A stretch of DNA of 32,000 bases from Paramicrosporidium saccamoebae KSL3. Lineage: Eukaryota; Fungi; Cryptomycota. Below are positions 17,292 through 27,900 of this stretch, in pieces. The stretch is taken from contig MTSL01000126.1 in assembly GCA_002794465.1 (NCBI GenBank), positions 67,160-99,159 of the forward strand. The letters run 5' to 3'. The notes below the pieces were generated by a model that was given only the letters and a program-made list of their open reading frames with translations, did no database searches and was not told the DNA's origin. A program made the translations under genes and the position numbers. Position 1 is the first letter of the stretch, and the number at the start of each line of letters is the position of its first letter.

Positions 17292-17843
17292 TTAGCGGTT
17301 TACATGTCCAGAGTTTCTATGGCCAAACTTTGCGCGTGGATCGTTACCGGCATAGTTTTCGTCGAATCGAATCGCTGCAACTCCACAAGTGTATGGTGAC
17401 TCGACAACCCTGATGGTAATGTTGTGATTGCCCGCGGGGATGTACGAGAATAGGGTACTATAGCGATCTGGCATTTCAAAGGCGACTGATGGGCTGTTGA
17501 TTTTCTCGGTGCAGTTCTTGGCCACGCTTGAGCTTAGAGGTGCAGTCATGTAAATAGGCACTCCATCGTCGATAATCTCAAAGCGGTCGCCGGGACATTG
17601 GATGTCTGTCACTTGCATAATAAAGTCATTGTCGGAGGAAAGGATGAATTTGACTCTAGGAAAGGTGTCTGCAAGTCCAAAGTTGAATAGGTACCATCCA
17701 CAACCGAGCTCAGCAAGAACCTCACCGACAACTGTCGGTAGTGCAGAGCCGGTGACAGGTGCCGAGAACGACAACAAGAGAGAGAGTAACAGCACGAGAG
17801 AGAGCAACAGCAAGCGAGAGTGTGGCAGCACTGTCGCCTTCAT
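17292..17843 (-). CDS. Secreted beta-rich domain protein, paralog P3
   Basis: ATG 17843 with a Leu-rich signal; GCGW, TDIQCPGDRF, YSTLF, GNHNITI, SPY, IRFD; 4 Cys. Confidence 0.8.
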   Translation of the reverse strand: MKATVLPHSRLLLLSLVLLLSLLLSFSAPVTGSALPTVVGEVLAELGCGWYLFNFGLADTFPRVKFILSSDNDFIMQVTDIQCPGDRFEIIDDGVPIYMTAPLSSSVAKNCTEKINSPSVAFEMPDRYSTLFSYIPAGNHNITIRVVESPYTCGVAAIRFDENYAGNDPRAKFGHRNSGHVNR

Positions 17844-17913
17844 TGATGCCTCTCGACGGCGCCGCACAGTCTAAAAAGGAAGGTGTAAACAAAGACGAGA
17901 TTGTATCATTCAT

Positions 17914-18360
17914 TTATGTAGGCTGCAAGTACGTGTTATAATCAAAACGGATGGCGCCAAGACCCTCGCCAAAGGGGGAGAGAACAGTCTTGAGTGTAAT
18001 TTCATGAGGTCCTGCGGGGAGGATATAGTATGCGCGACTCCAACCAACGGTAGAGAAAAAGGCGGCATTTGGATCCGCCGTGTAGGTGAGGCAATTGTCA
18101 AAGATGGGAACGCTAGTGTTTCCTTGTGACACTTTATCCACAAAGACTTCAAACTGATCTCCAGAGCAGGAAAAGTCGGTAATTCGAAGCAGTACTGGAG
18201 TGGTCGAATTTACCCGATATCCATCGCCCACCGAGCTCCCAGCCGGTCCAAATGCAAAAGTGTTCCATCCAAGGCCAATGATCACTGATTCAAAGCGTTC
18301 GGCTTCCTGAGCGGCAATCAATTTGACCAATGTTAGGAGTAGTAGCGCACGCCAGAACAT
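17914..18360 (-). CDS. Secreted beta-rich domain protein, paralog P4
   Basis: ATG 18360 gives signal MFWRALLLLTLVKLIAA; GLGW, TDFSCSGDQF, DPNAAF, WSRAYY, GPHEITL, SPF, IRFDY. The N-terminal 78 aa of the ORF-track entry are probably not translated. Confidence 0.8.
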   Translation of the reverse strand: MFWRALLLLTLVKLIAAQEAERFESVIIGLGWNTFAFGPAGSSVGDGYRVNSTTPVLLRITDFSCSGDQFEVFVDKVSQGNTSVPIFDNCLTYTADPNAAFFSTVGWSRAYYILPAGPHEITLKTVLSPFGEGLGAIRFDYNTYLQPT

Positions 18361-18518
18361 TAGGTATTGCCTACAATGAATTGATTGTCCCCTTAATGTG
18401 GAAGGCCTTTTGTTGACGTTGGCCCAAAAAGGAAAGGATTGCAATTTTGAGATAGAGTGGAGTAGATGACGAATCCCTATAAAAGGAGCGGAACGGACGT
18501 CAGGGACACAACAAGACC

Positions 18519-18959
18519 ATGCGATTTGTCTTCTTCTTCCTAGCTCTTGCTTTGTTGTCCTTTGTTGAGGCTGTGGTGGACAAAAGGAAACCATGGAGGT
18601 TAGGCTTGCCGCTAGACTTTCTAATCACTAGCAGAGAGGCTGTCCGAAACCGTAACCGCCTACAACTCCGCAAGGCACTTGCTGTTGTTCTGGACCAAAG
18701 CAAGGAGCTGGTGAGCCGTGCAGAGAATCAAGCCCTTAAGCATATGGCCGTCAAGAAGGCTCGCGAGGAAATGTTTGATATTTACGATACCTCAGTAGCC
18801 AAGCATTGCAGCGATGAGGCTGACATGGAGAATAAGAAAAAGGTTGTCAAGGACGCTTGGGAAGTGCTGGCACTGTTCCTATTCCGGCTGGACAACACTG
18901 ACATGCACAATGGATGCTTTACAGCTGACATTGCATTCCCCTCACTTATCTACGACTAG
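18519..18959 (+). CDS. Small secreted orphan protein, 146 aa, helical
   Basis: TATAAAAG at 18478-18485; signal MRFVFFFLALALLSFVEA; KR dibasic site just after it; 2 Cys; transcribed divergently from P4. Confidence 0.75.
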   Translation: MRFVFFFLALALLSFVEAVVDKRKPWRLGLPLDFLITSREAVRNRNRLQLRKALAVVLDQSKELVSRAENQALKHMAVKKAREEMFDIYDTSVAKHCSDEADMENKKKVVKDAWEVLALFLFRLDNTDMHNGCFTADIAFPSLIYD

Positions 18960-19153
18960 TCTTTTGCATCATAATGAATAAATTCCACCATTAAACTGTG
19001 TAATGGGAAGATGAGTCTGGCAGGAAGAAACCCAATAGCATATCTCGTCGATCCGTCTGTGTGTTAATAATTAGTAAAGAGCCTACTGATTGATTCTCAC
19101 AACTCGCAACTTGTACATGTATGTAGCCTCCTTGGGGAGCCGGGGACATTTAA

Positions 19154-21925
19154 ATGGAGGAAAAGGCAAAGTCACGGTTCAGCTCTTTGGATGTTAGAGC
19201 AGCAACTGTCGAATTAAAACCGTCATTAGTCGGTGCACATCTTCAGAATATTTATGATATGAATTCAAGGACATATCTACTGAAATTCACCAAGAAGGAT
19301 GCCAAAGTTCTTTTGCTAATCGAGTCAGGTGTACGCATTCACTCTACCCGTTTTGACAGGGAGAATCCCAACGTGCTACCTTCAGCCTTCGCCGGGAAGC
19401 TTCGAAAGCATCTTAGAGAGAGGAGGCTGACGAAATTTGAACAACTTGGGTTTGATCGCGTAGTTCATTTCGAGTTTGGCCATGACACTCGTCCGGAACA
19501 GACCTTTCATCTCTTTCTAGAGCTTTACGCAATGGTACATGCCATGTGCTTTGTATCATATTTTTAGGGGAATGTTATTTTGACAGACCACCAAATGAGG
19601 GTCATTAGCCTCATCAGAGAGGTCAAGGTAACAGACAAGAACACGGGCGAGGAAAGGAAGCTATTGACAGTGGGAATGGTCTATGATGCATTGTCGTACC
19701 AAAACCTCAATCTTCCGTCAGAGGAAGTGTTACTGGAACATGTCGCGAGTGCTGGCAATGAAAGTGTAAAAAATAGTCTTCGGTCGGTATTTAAAACAGT
19801 TGCTGCAGAAATGATTGAATCTTGTCTGAAAAAAAGTGGCCTGCATGGCAGCGAAAAGGCGTGCGAGGTGAAAGACCAGCTCCCTGGAGTATTTGAATTG
19901 ATTAGAGAGTTGGCAGACAAACTCAACAGTCAAGACTATGAAATGCCTGGTTTCATTCGCAAGTCTCCTACGGGCAGAAGTATTGAATTTGGTCCACTTT
20001 TAGGTAGCCTCTCCTTGAATAGCAGTCAGTTTGATAACTTTAATTCGGCTGCAGATGAGTACTTTTATCAGTTGGAAGAGACCAAAATTAAGGATCGCAA
20101 GCGTCAGGTTGAGGATGCAGTTGTCAAAAAGTTTGATGCCATTAGGAGAGAGCAAGAATCCCGCATCTCTTCATTAGAGACAGGCATTAAGAATTACCAA
20201 TTCCTGGCTCAAGTGATTGAGGCCAATATTAAGCCTGTGGAGGAGGCAGTTTTGGTGATAAACACTGGGCTGCAGAATGAACTATCTTGGAAAGATCTTG
20301 AAGCCTTGATCAAAGTTGAACAGTCCAAGGGACGTCCTACTGCGCTGTTAATATCCAAGCTGATGCTCATTGACTTTTTGATTCAGCTGAAGCTTCCATT
20401 TGGATCAGAGTCTGTCTTGGTTGAAGTAGATATCCGACTCGGTGGACATGCTAATGCTAATCGATACTATGAAATGCGAAAGAATGCCATGGAAAAACTA
20501 GCCAGGACCAGATCGGCCTTTGAACAGGCAATGAAATCTGCCGAGGCAAAAGTTAGGGCTGATAGTAAAAAGGACAAGAGACGAGACCAGCACTTGATTC
20601 CCAAGAGAAAGATTTTGTGGTTTGAAAAATACAATTGGTTTATCAGCTCTGACGCCCATCTGGTCATTTCCGGAAAGGACATGCACCAGAATGAGTACTT
20701 GGTTAAGCGACTCTTAAAGCCAGGAGACGTCTATGCTCATGCCGACCTGCCTGGAGCATCATCCGTTATTGTAAAGAACCACCGAAAACCAGTTGACGGC
20801 AGCGACACTGCACCAGAAATACCACATCGGACACTTGTTGAAGCGGGATCGTTTTCACTGTGTTTTAGTAAGGCTTGGGACGCCAAAATTGTCACTTCGG
20901 CTTGGTGGGTATTTGCTCGCCAAGTCTCCAAAACTGCACCATCGGGTGAATTTTTACCCACTGGATCTTTTATGATCAGGGGCAAAAAGAATTTCCTGCC
21001 TCCGTCCCCTCTTATTCTTGGGTTTGGCTTTATGTTTATCCTGGACGAAGAATCATCTGCCAAGCGCAAAGCATCCAGACTTGCCAAAGAGGCCGCCCGC
21101 GAGGCCGACATTACCGGAGACGATACCGGAGGGGTTGTCAGAAAAGATCCCACCATTAGTGTCAGGGAGCAAAAATACATGGATCAACTTTTAGATCAAT
21201 CTGAAGATTTGGAAGAATACATTACCACCACGACTAAAGAGGTTGAGTCACTTCAAATTGAGCCCACCAAGACACGTAAACCGGAGAAAGAGGAAAAAGA
21301 AGAGAAAATTGCTCGTGCTGATGCTTTTGTGGATATTCGTACGGATACTCGTGCGGGTGCTGGTACTCGTGGAAAGCACGGCAAGCAGAAAAAAATAAAG
21401 GAAAAATACAGGCATCAAGATGACGAGGAGCGCAAGATGCGACTAGAATTACTGGGTTCGAAAGCAAAACAACCTGAAGTTAAAATGGTCCAACTACCAA
21501 AGCCTGTAAAGTTGGCTCCTGCAAAGAAGACTCCTGCAAAGATTACTGTGGAAGACGACACACTGGAGGAGGAATTACCTGGGATCGGTGAGCTTGGCTA
21601 CATTGACTCTATTGTCGGGAATCCAGTTCCAGAAGAAGTTACGTTGGGCATCATTGCCGCAGCTGCACCGTTTTCAGTCATGCAACATTACAAATATCGC
21701 GTAAAGTTACTTCCTGGGAATCTCAAACGTGGCACTGCGGCAAAAACTGCCGTCTCTCTCATGCTATCCGAAAACAAGTCATTGGGTACCCCTCGTGAAA
21801 GAGACTTGATCCGATCCGTCACTGATACAGAGTTAAATAGTACTATTCCTGGAAAGGTTCGTATTTCTGGGAGCGGAGTGGAGCTGAGCAAAGTAAAAAA
21901 GTCACTAAAGAAGAAGAAGAAATAA
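19154..21925 (+). CDS. RQC2: Ribosome quality control subunit Rqc2/Tae2/NEMF, 2 exons (19154-19534, 19568-21925)
   Basis: NFACT-N (RFSSLDVRA...LQNIYD...IESGVRIH); a 33-nt intron joins ELYAM|GNVILTD; NFACT-R (WFEKYNWFISSD, GKDMHQNEYLVKR, HADLPGA); NFACT-C (APFSVMQHYKYRVKLLPG). Confidence 0.93.
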
Positions 21926-22146
21926 AGTGTGAGTATGGTGAGTGTGATGGGTGTGGCGAGTGTGGTAATTGTGGTGAGTGTGATGAGTGCGGTGATTGTG
22001 AGTATGAGCGTGAACGACAATGGGAGTGTAGGAAAATAAGAGTTCGAGTTCGAGTTCAAGCTCGATTCCAAGTTCGAGTTCAGGTTCAACTTCAATTTCA
22101 AGTTCAAGCTCGATTCCAAGTTCAAGTTCAAGTTCGAGTTCAAGTC
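21926..22146. repeat. Two abutting simple repeats between the convergent RQC2 and PDI genes
   Basis: GT-rich roughly 9-bp degenerate repeat at 21926-22012 (GTGAGTGTG-like); hexamer (RAGTTC)n, about 17-18 units, at 22040-22146. Confidence 0.85.
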
Positions 22147-22195
22147 TTTGCATTAACAGGATCTTTATTATACACTTTACAGCAATACTAATGGT

Positions 22196-23425
22196 TTAGA
22201 GCTCACTTTTTTGAGAGGGTATCGGAATGCCTCCAATTTGAGCAATGCGCGCCAAAATGTTACGGCGTTTGCGGAATTCATTCATTTTGCCCGCGTCTAT
22301 TGAGGCTGATTCAATGAGTTGATCAAGACGATCCAGTTCGCGCGATATGAATGCCGGTCCGTGAGCTTCAAGTTTTTCCAACGTCTTTACATAGAATATT
22401 GCCGAGCTAAAGTATTACTCCATAGCCATATGATATGGGTACAAGTCTTTGGTGGAGCGTGCCAGTTCGCCAGCTTGCTCATATACACGTTCGTGATAGT
22501 CGGGATTGGTGAAAAATTCTCTGACGTACTTGTCCATCGTGCGATCCGTTCCATAGTCTTTGGAATGAATGTCGGCCCACTCTTTGGGAGAATGCTTCTT
22601 GACAAACTCCAAAAGCCCTTTTAGACTGTTGGAACCATTATAGTCAATGACCTTGTTGTCCCTTCCAAAGAGCTTGATGGTTGGGAAGGCGTCAACTTTG
22701 TGCTGTGTGGCAATAGCTGCATGGCTCTCACAGTCGATTTGGGCAATCACAACATTCGTATTGTCCTTGAAGGAGGTGGCAAGCTTTTTGTAAATGGGAG
22801 CGAGTCGCTTGCAATGTCCACACCCTATTATAATGAGTATACTCTATGATTTGCGCACAGGGAGCATAGAACTCGACCAAGACAATCTTGTTCGGGTCCA
22901 TGACTAGGTCATTAAAGTTTTCCCCAGTAAGCTGAACGGGATTGCTCACACTAGCGTGAGCCCCCACTAAAACGGATCATCAACGTTTACTCAGATCTAT
23001 TTACGGATCCTGCTCTCGACGAAGCGCTTCATCGATTCAAAATCGTGTCCACAATCGGCGTCCTCAACGCGGCCGGAGGGATGGAAGAGCTTTAGAGTCG
23101 GGTAGCCTCCAATGTTGTACGGTCTGCGGATGCGGGCGTAATGGTCGGCGTCAATTTGCGCAATAGTAACACGGCCATCACCGCCAAAGTAAGATCCCAG
23201 ACGTTGATAGGCAGGATTCATGTTGTTGCAGTGTCCGCACCACGGGGCATAGAACTTGACAAAGACAAATTTTCCGCTGTGGATCGCCTAGTGGTCAAGC
23301 AAAGAATCCGGCAGGCTTACATTGTTGAGACTATCTGGGTCAAGCTCGCGCACATATTCGGGCGTGCAGAGCACTACAGCAACAAAGGCCAAGAAAGCAA
23401 AGAAGACGGAGGAGATGTTCGCCAT
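22196..23425 (-). CDS. Protein disulfide isomerase, ERp38/TigA type (two thioredoxin domains plus ERp29-C domain), 5 exons
   Basis: Signal MANISSVFFAFLAFVAVVLC; two WCGHC motifs, the second split by an intron; ERp29-like FYVKTLEKL...RELDRLDQLI...RRNIL; ER-retention-like KSEL. Introns 23288-23320, 22967-23004, 22825-22858 and 22407-22442 (33, 38, 34, 36 nt). Confidence 0.9.
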
Positions 23426-23561
23426 GGTGCTGCGGACGATGAGCCACCTATTTGTATTGTCTGGTGACCAAAATGGACATGTGTTGTGTACTTCCAAATT
23501 AGGAAATATTTAACAGACATTTGTTGATTTTGTCTTCCTGTTGTGTTTTTAGGCGGATAGG

Positions 23562-24620
23562 ATGATAAAGAACATTCCTCCGCAGGCCAAACGCCTGGCC
23601 ATCCTGGGGCTCTTGCTCTTTCTAATTCTTGACGCCCTCTTCTTTGGGTTGATTGGGAACGCAGTTTCCCGCATTTCTGGCGAGCGTCGTAATTTCCAAG
23701 GCCGGATCCATCTGTACTCGAGTCTTCCTGGCCGCACCAAGGCACCCAAGAAGATTGCAATTGTCACCCATTACTCACCCGATGGCTATGGCCAAGAACT
23801 CCGCAGGCTCACCTGGGCGAATAAGAAAAAGTACGCCGAGGCCCGCGGCTACGATATTTATGATGCCGAAACTAATCCTGTCATCAAGTCAAAGATGGAG
23901 AGTGTCAGGGACAAGATGAAAAACTTTTACTACTTCAAATATATTGCTGTTCAAGAGCTTCTCAATGGCGGTGAGGCCACTGGCGGGAAACAGTATGACT
24001 GGGTCGTCTGGGCAGACGCCGATGCCATCTTTTTGAACTTTGGCAAAAAGTTTGAAGACATTGTTGATGATCGCTTTGACGTGGTTGTCACAGCTGGACC
24101 TCCTGACAACCCCACCTGGACAGGCGTTGTCAATGCTGGAAGCTTCATTGTCAAAAATAGCGAATTTTCCCAGACTTTCCTCGAGGATGTGCTGCAGATG
24201 AGCCAGACCCACTGTGGAGAATTTGTGATTGAATATCCTGATGCTGGTACTGCTGTAAATGGGTGGCTTCAGGTGTGCAATTCGGATGGAGGCTACTGGC
24301 TATCTGACCAAGGAATCCTGATTGCCCTTTACTCCTTCAAACCGGCAGAATACCGATGCCACTTTAAAAAGACCTGGTTCCGGGCCTTTTCATCCGAGTT
24401 TCCCTGGTATGGCCCAGGAGATCTTGCAGTGCACTTTCCTGGACGGTCAATGGACGATCGTAGACGGCTTATTAAAGCATTCACCAAGTTTACCGACTTT
24501 AAAAATGGAGCTGTCGAGTACAAGTTTACTGACCTACTGGACCCCGATGATAGTGTTACTTCTGACCTGGTCGAGTTGGAAGAGTTTTACAACGACATGA
24601 ACCCCACCTGTGATGCCTGA
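23562..24620 (+). CDS. Glycosyltransferase family 34 (Gma12/Mnn10-like), type II membrane protein
   Basis: N-terminal TM helix; YDWVVWADADAIF (DxD motif); NAGSFIVKN; DQGIL; GDLAVHFPG. Confidence 0.85.
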   Translation: MIKNIPPQAKRLAILGLLLFLILDALFFGLIGNAVSRISGERRNFQGRIHLYSSLPGRTKAPKKIAIVTHYSPDGYGQELRRLTWANKKKYAEARGYDIYDAETNPVIKSKMESVRDKMKNFYYFKYIAVQELLNGGEATGGKQYDWVVWADADAIFLNFGKKFEDIVDDRFDVVVTAGPPDNPTWTGVVNAGSFIVKNSEFSQTFLEDVLQMSQTHCGEFVIEYPDAGTAVNGWLQVCNSDGGYWLSDQGILIALYSFKPAEYRCHFKKTWFRAFSSEFPWYGPGDLAVHFPGRSMDDRRRLIKAFTKFTDFKNGAVEYKFTDLLDPDDSVTSDLVELEEFYNDMNPTCDA

Positions 24621-24690
24621 GTGTGTGGGCGCGTGTAGGTGTGCGAGTGTGTGAGTGTGTGAGTGTGTGAGTGTTTGGGTATGTCGGTGT
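24621..24690. repeat. GT-rich microsatellite, (GTGTGA)n-like, immediately after the GT34 stop
   Basis: GTGTGTGGGCGCGTGTAGGTGTGCGAGTGTGTGAGTGTGTGAGTGTGTGAGTGT. Confidence 0.75.
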
Positions 24691-24710
24691 GTGGACATAG
24701 GATATAGGAT

Positions 24711-24878
24711 ATGAATCTTTACTACAAATTTTACTACAAATTTTACTATGAATTTTACTATAAAATTTACTATGAAGTTTACTATGAATTTTACTATGAA
24801 TTTTATTATGAATTTTACTATGAATTTTACTATGAATTTTATTATAAAATTTACTATGAATTTTACTATAAAATTTAC
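24711..24878. repeat. 12-bp AT-rich minisatellite, about 14 copies
   Basis: Consensus TATGAATTTTAC; ends about 40 bp before the Tel1/ATM ATG. Confidence 0.92.
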
Positions 24879-24916
24879 ACCAAAATGGTGGTGTAACGGA
24901 AATTTATTTTTCAGTC

Positions 24917-27900
24917 ATGCTCGCGGGACGGCATGAACCAGTCGAGGCCGAAGTGGGGCTGTTGGGCTTGCATTTAACGTCCGAAAGAGCCAAGGAAAGA
25001 ACTGAAGCATTGGGAAAGCTTCAAGATCTTTTGAAGGACAAGAAATGGGTGAGGATGCTGACCACAGCGCAATGCAATCGGATTGTCCATTCGTTTTTTT
25101 CAATGCTGGCCATTGAGGTCAAGTATGGCGACAAGGGAGATTGCATTCTTCCTTCAGCCCTCTCGAAATTGAGACAGCTGCTGAGAGACTCGGCAGCCCT
25201 TCTCTCTACCATCACATGTCGGCCCATTATCTTGGAATGCATCGACGACGTACTAGATTCGCTTGTCAGCTTGAGGCTGGAAGAACTTTTACCTGATACA
25301 TATCGCGCCATTAATGTGCTACTTTCTGACAGGAAACACCTGTTGGCCTGCTCAAGGGATCATGTGAGAATTCTCTACGATACGTGTACTTTTATGAAAA
25401 GTTCTTCTGGTCGAGGGGAATTGTCAAAGACTATGACGTATGTCGGAGAATATGCCTATGAAATGAATGACCTATATACTTTGAAGAATTTGGTGCAAAT
25501 ATGCCTGGAGCATTTGCTGGGTGAAGAGCAGGGTATCCCTGATGCGGTCGCATCCCATCTTTTGCGGACATTTGAAACGTGTCTACGGGGGCTCAAGGAT
25601 GCGTATCCCGTGTTTAGCCGATCCATTGTCCGCCGTTTACTTGACGGACTGAGTAGTAAGGGATTTGTTAAACGAGCAAGGCTGGTGGAGGAGATTGTAC
25701 TTGTATGCGAAACAGCATCTTCATGTATTGTTATTGATCCTGCAGCATGCGACAGGGTGTCAAAGTTGCTACTTGAAGAGGCAGTTTTTAGTCGCTACAG
25801 GCTGGAATCTTGCAACCCCGCGGAGCTGGTGTCCCAATCTTGTAAGAATACTGCCGTCATGCCATTCCTAAGCTGTCTTTCAAAGTACTGCAAACTACCA
25901 AAAGTACCAATATTTGAATCCAAATCTAGTCTCAGTAAAACCACTGCCATCTTTCTGTCAAAGTGTCTCTTTCATCGTGATTCCGAGTTTGACTCTGGAC
26001 TTTGGCAAAATCGTCCAAGCCAATGTTCTCCTGTCGATGCATCTTGGATGATGCTTGCCCTTTCACTGACAAACTACCCGAGCCCACCCACAGACCAAGT
26101 CTTGGAATATGTCGTCTCAAGTCTATCAAGACCGCTGCAGTCGGAATCTGCAGCAAACTTGCTGAAATCGGCCATTTCGAGATTTTCAATCCACTTGAGC
26201 ACTATGTCGTCGGCCATTACAAATGCAGAGTTGACCCCATTGCTTGTTGAGCTGATGGCACTTAATTATATCACGAGGTATAGAGACATCCTCTGGTCAG
26301 ATTCGGCAAAATTGTGCTTCAGAGATGCCATAAATAGTTTGGCATTCATGATAAGCAATTTGGAAAGCCGACAAGTTCCTGGAAAGCTGCTTGCAATCAT
26401 GCCCAAAATTTCAACCTTTTTTGCCGTGGTCTTTGGGAAAGAGTTTCATAATGGCGGCTATGCGCAAATGTGTCAGAGCCTGCTAGATTGTCTTGATGAG
26501 GTGATAAAGTCTATTGAACCAGATGCTTTCAGCAACATTTTGCGGCTAAAGTGGTCATGTTCTGCCGTAACATCTGAGCAATCTGTTGCACTGTTTACAG
26601 TTTCGCTGCGAATCCTCCGTTCTGCTCTGACAATGGCTTGTGATGCTGAAATTGGCCATCTGTTTGATATCATCGATACGATGCAATGCAAGCCCCATGC
26701 TGCCCAATATCTTTCCGAGATTGCCAGTCCGATTATAGTGGACAGCATGTCCTTTGATAAGACAGGCTATGACCGCATCATTGCCATGTGCATTGGAGTC
26801 CTCTTGTCCAATCGGCAAGCAAGTATGGTGGAAGAGGAGTTTCAGTCGCTGATGGACGATTTCGACACTAAAGCAGCCTATATGTGTCTTGAGACGTTGA
26901 CAACCATTTACGAAAAGCTGATGAATGTGAATGTTAAGACTGATGAAATTGAACAGGTCATTTTGGACTGTGGCATCTTTATTTTGGATCAACTTGTTGA
27001 ACATGAACTGTCTATTCAAGATGTGGCCAAGATTTTCGAAAGACTATCCAAAAATCTTTCAGACGATTTACTAGAAAGAGGTGCCGACTTGATTGGTCAT
27101 TTTTTCGGTCTCGTAGATTCAGCTACCATTACAAAGTTCTGCCTTGAACTCTTACAGAGACAGCCATCAAGTATTGGAACCCGGATGCGCGAGAAAATGT
27201 CAACCATCATCGAGAGCTATGATCTGGAATCAGTTCCCTCTATCACTCGAGAGAATTTGTACCAAATGCAGCAAGTACTCTCTTTGGACATTGTAGAAAA
27301 AATAGTGCTGCCAGAAACAGTACACTACACGTTGTGTCGTTTACATTATAGGAACCTATTGATCCGGCTCTTTCACACGGCGTTGTAGAAAAAATAATGC
27401 TGCCAGAAACAGTATACTACATGTCGCGCCGTTTATACCGTAGGAATCTATTGATCCGGATCTTTCACACGGCGTTGTAGAAAAAATAATGCTGCCAGAA
27501 ACAGTACACTACATGTCGCGCCGTTTATACCGTAGGAATCTATTGATCCGGATCTTTTAGACGATGTCATTTCGGCCAAAGTTATTCAAATTTGTAAACG
27601 GGACGATCTTCCGGGGACAGCTGTACTGGCAACGATCAATGAGATCCTACTCAATGTTACCAATCCGCTGGACCGCTTGGTGGAGGCTAAGCAGTACTTG
27701 AATATGATTCTTCCCTCTGAGGATCATGTTTTGAAGGCTCGCTGTTTTTTACTTGGCAAATCATCAGGAGTGGCTGGCTTTTTCACAAGGGGAGTTGTAG
27801 AACTGGAAGAGTCATTTTGGTTTTGGCAATGTTGTTCCAAGTCATGCTTGCAGATGCCTATTGCCTTTGAATTTGTTGATGCAGCCTTTTGCCCGGTCAT

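Noticed and set aside
21688-22153. Minus-strand ORFs with (NL/SL)n, (EL)n and His/Thr repeats
   Set aside because: They are translation products of the hexamer and 9-mer satellites and overlap RQC2 antisense.
887-27556. CRISPR interpretation of the 25-, 14-, 12- or 92-bp repeats
   Set aside because: The units are head-to-tail with no unique spacers, there are no cas genes, and the context is eukaryotic with introns.
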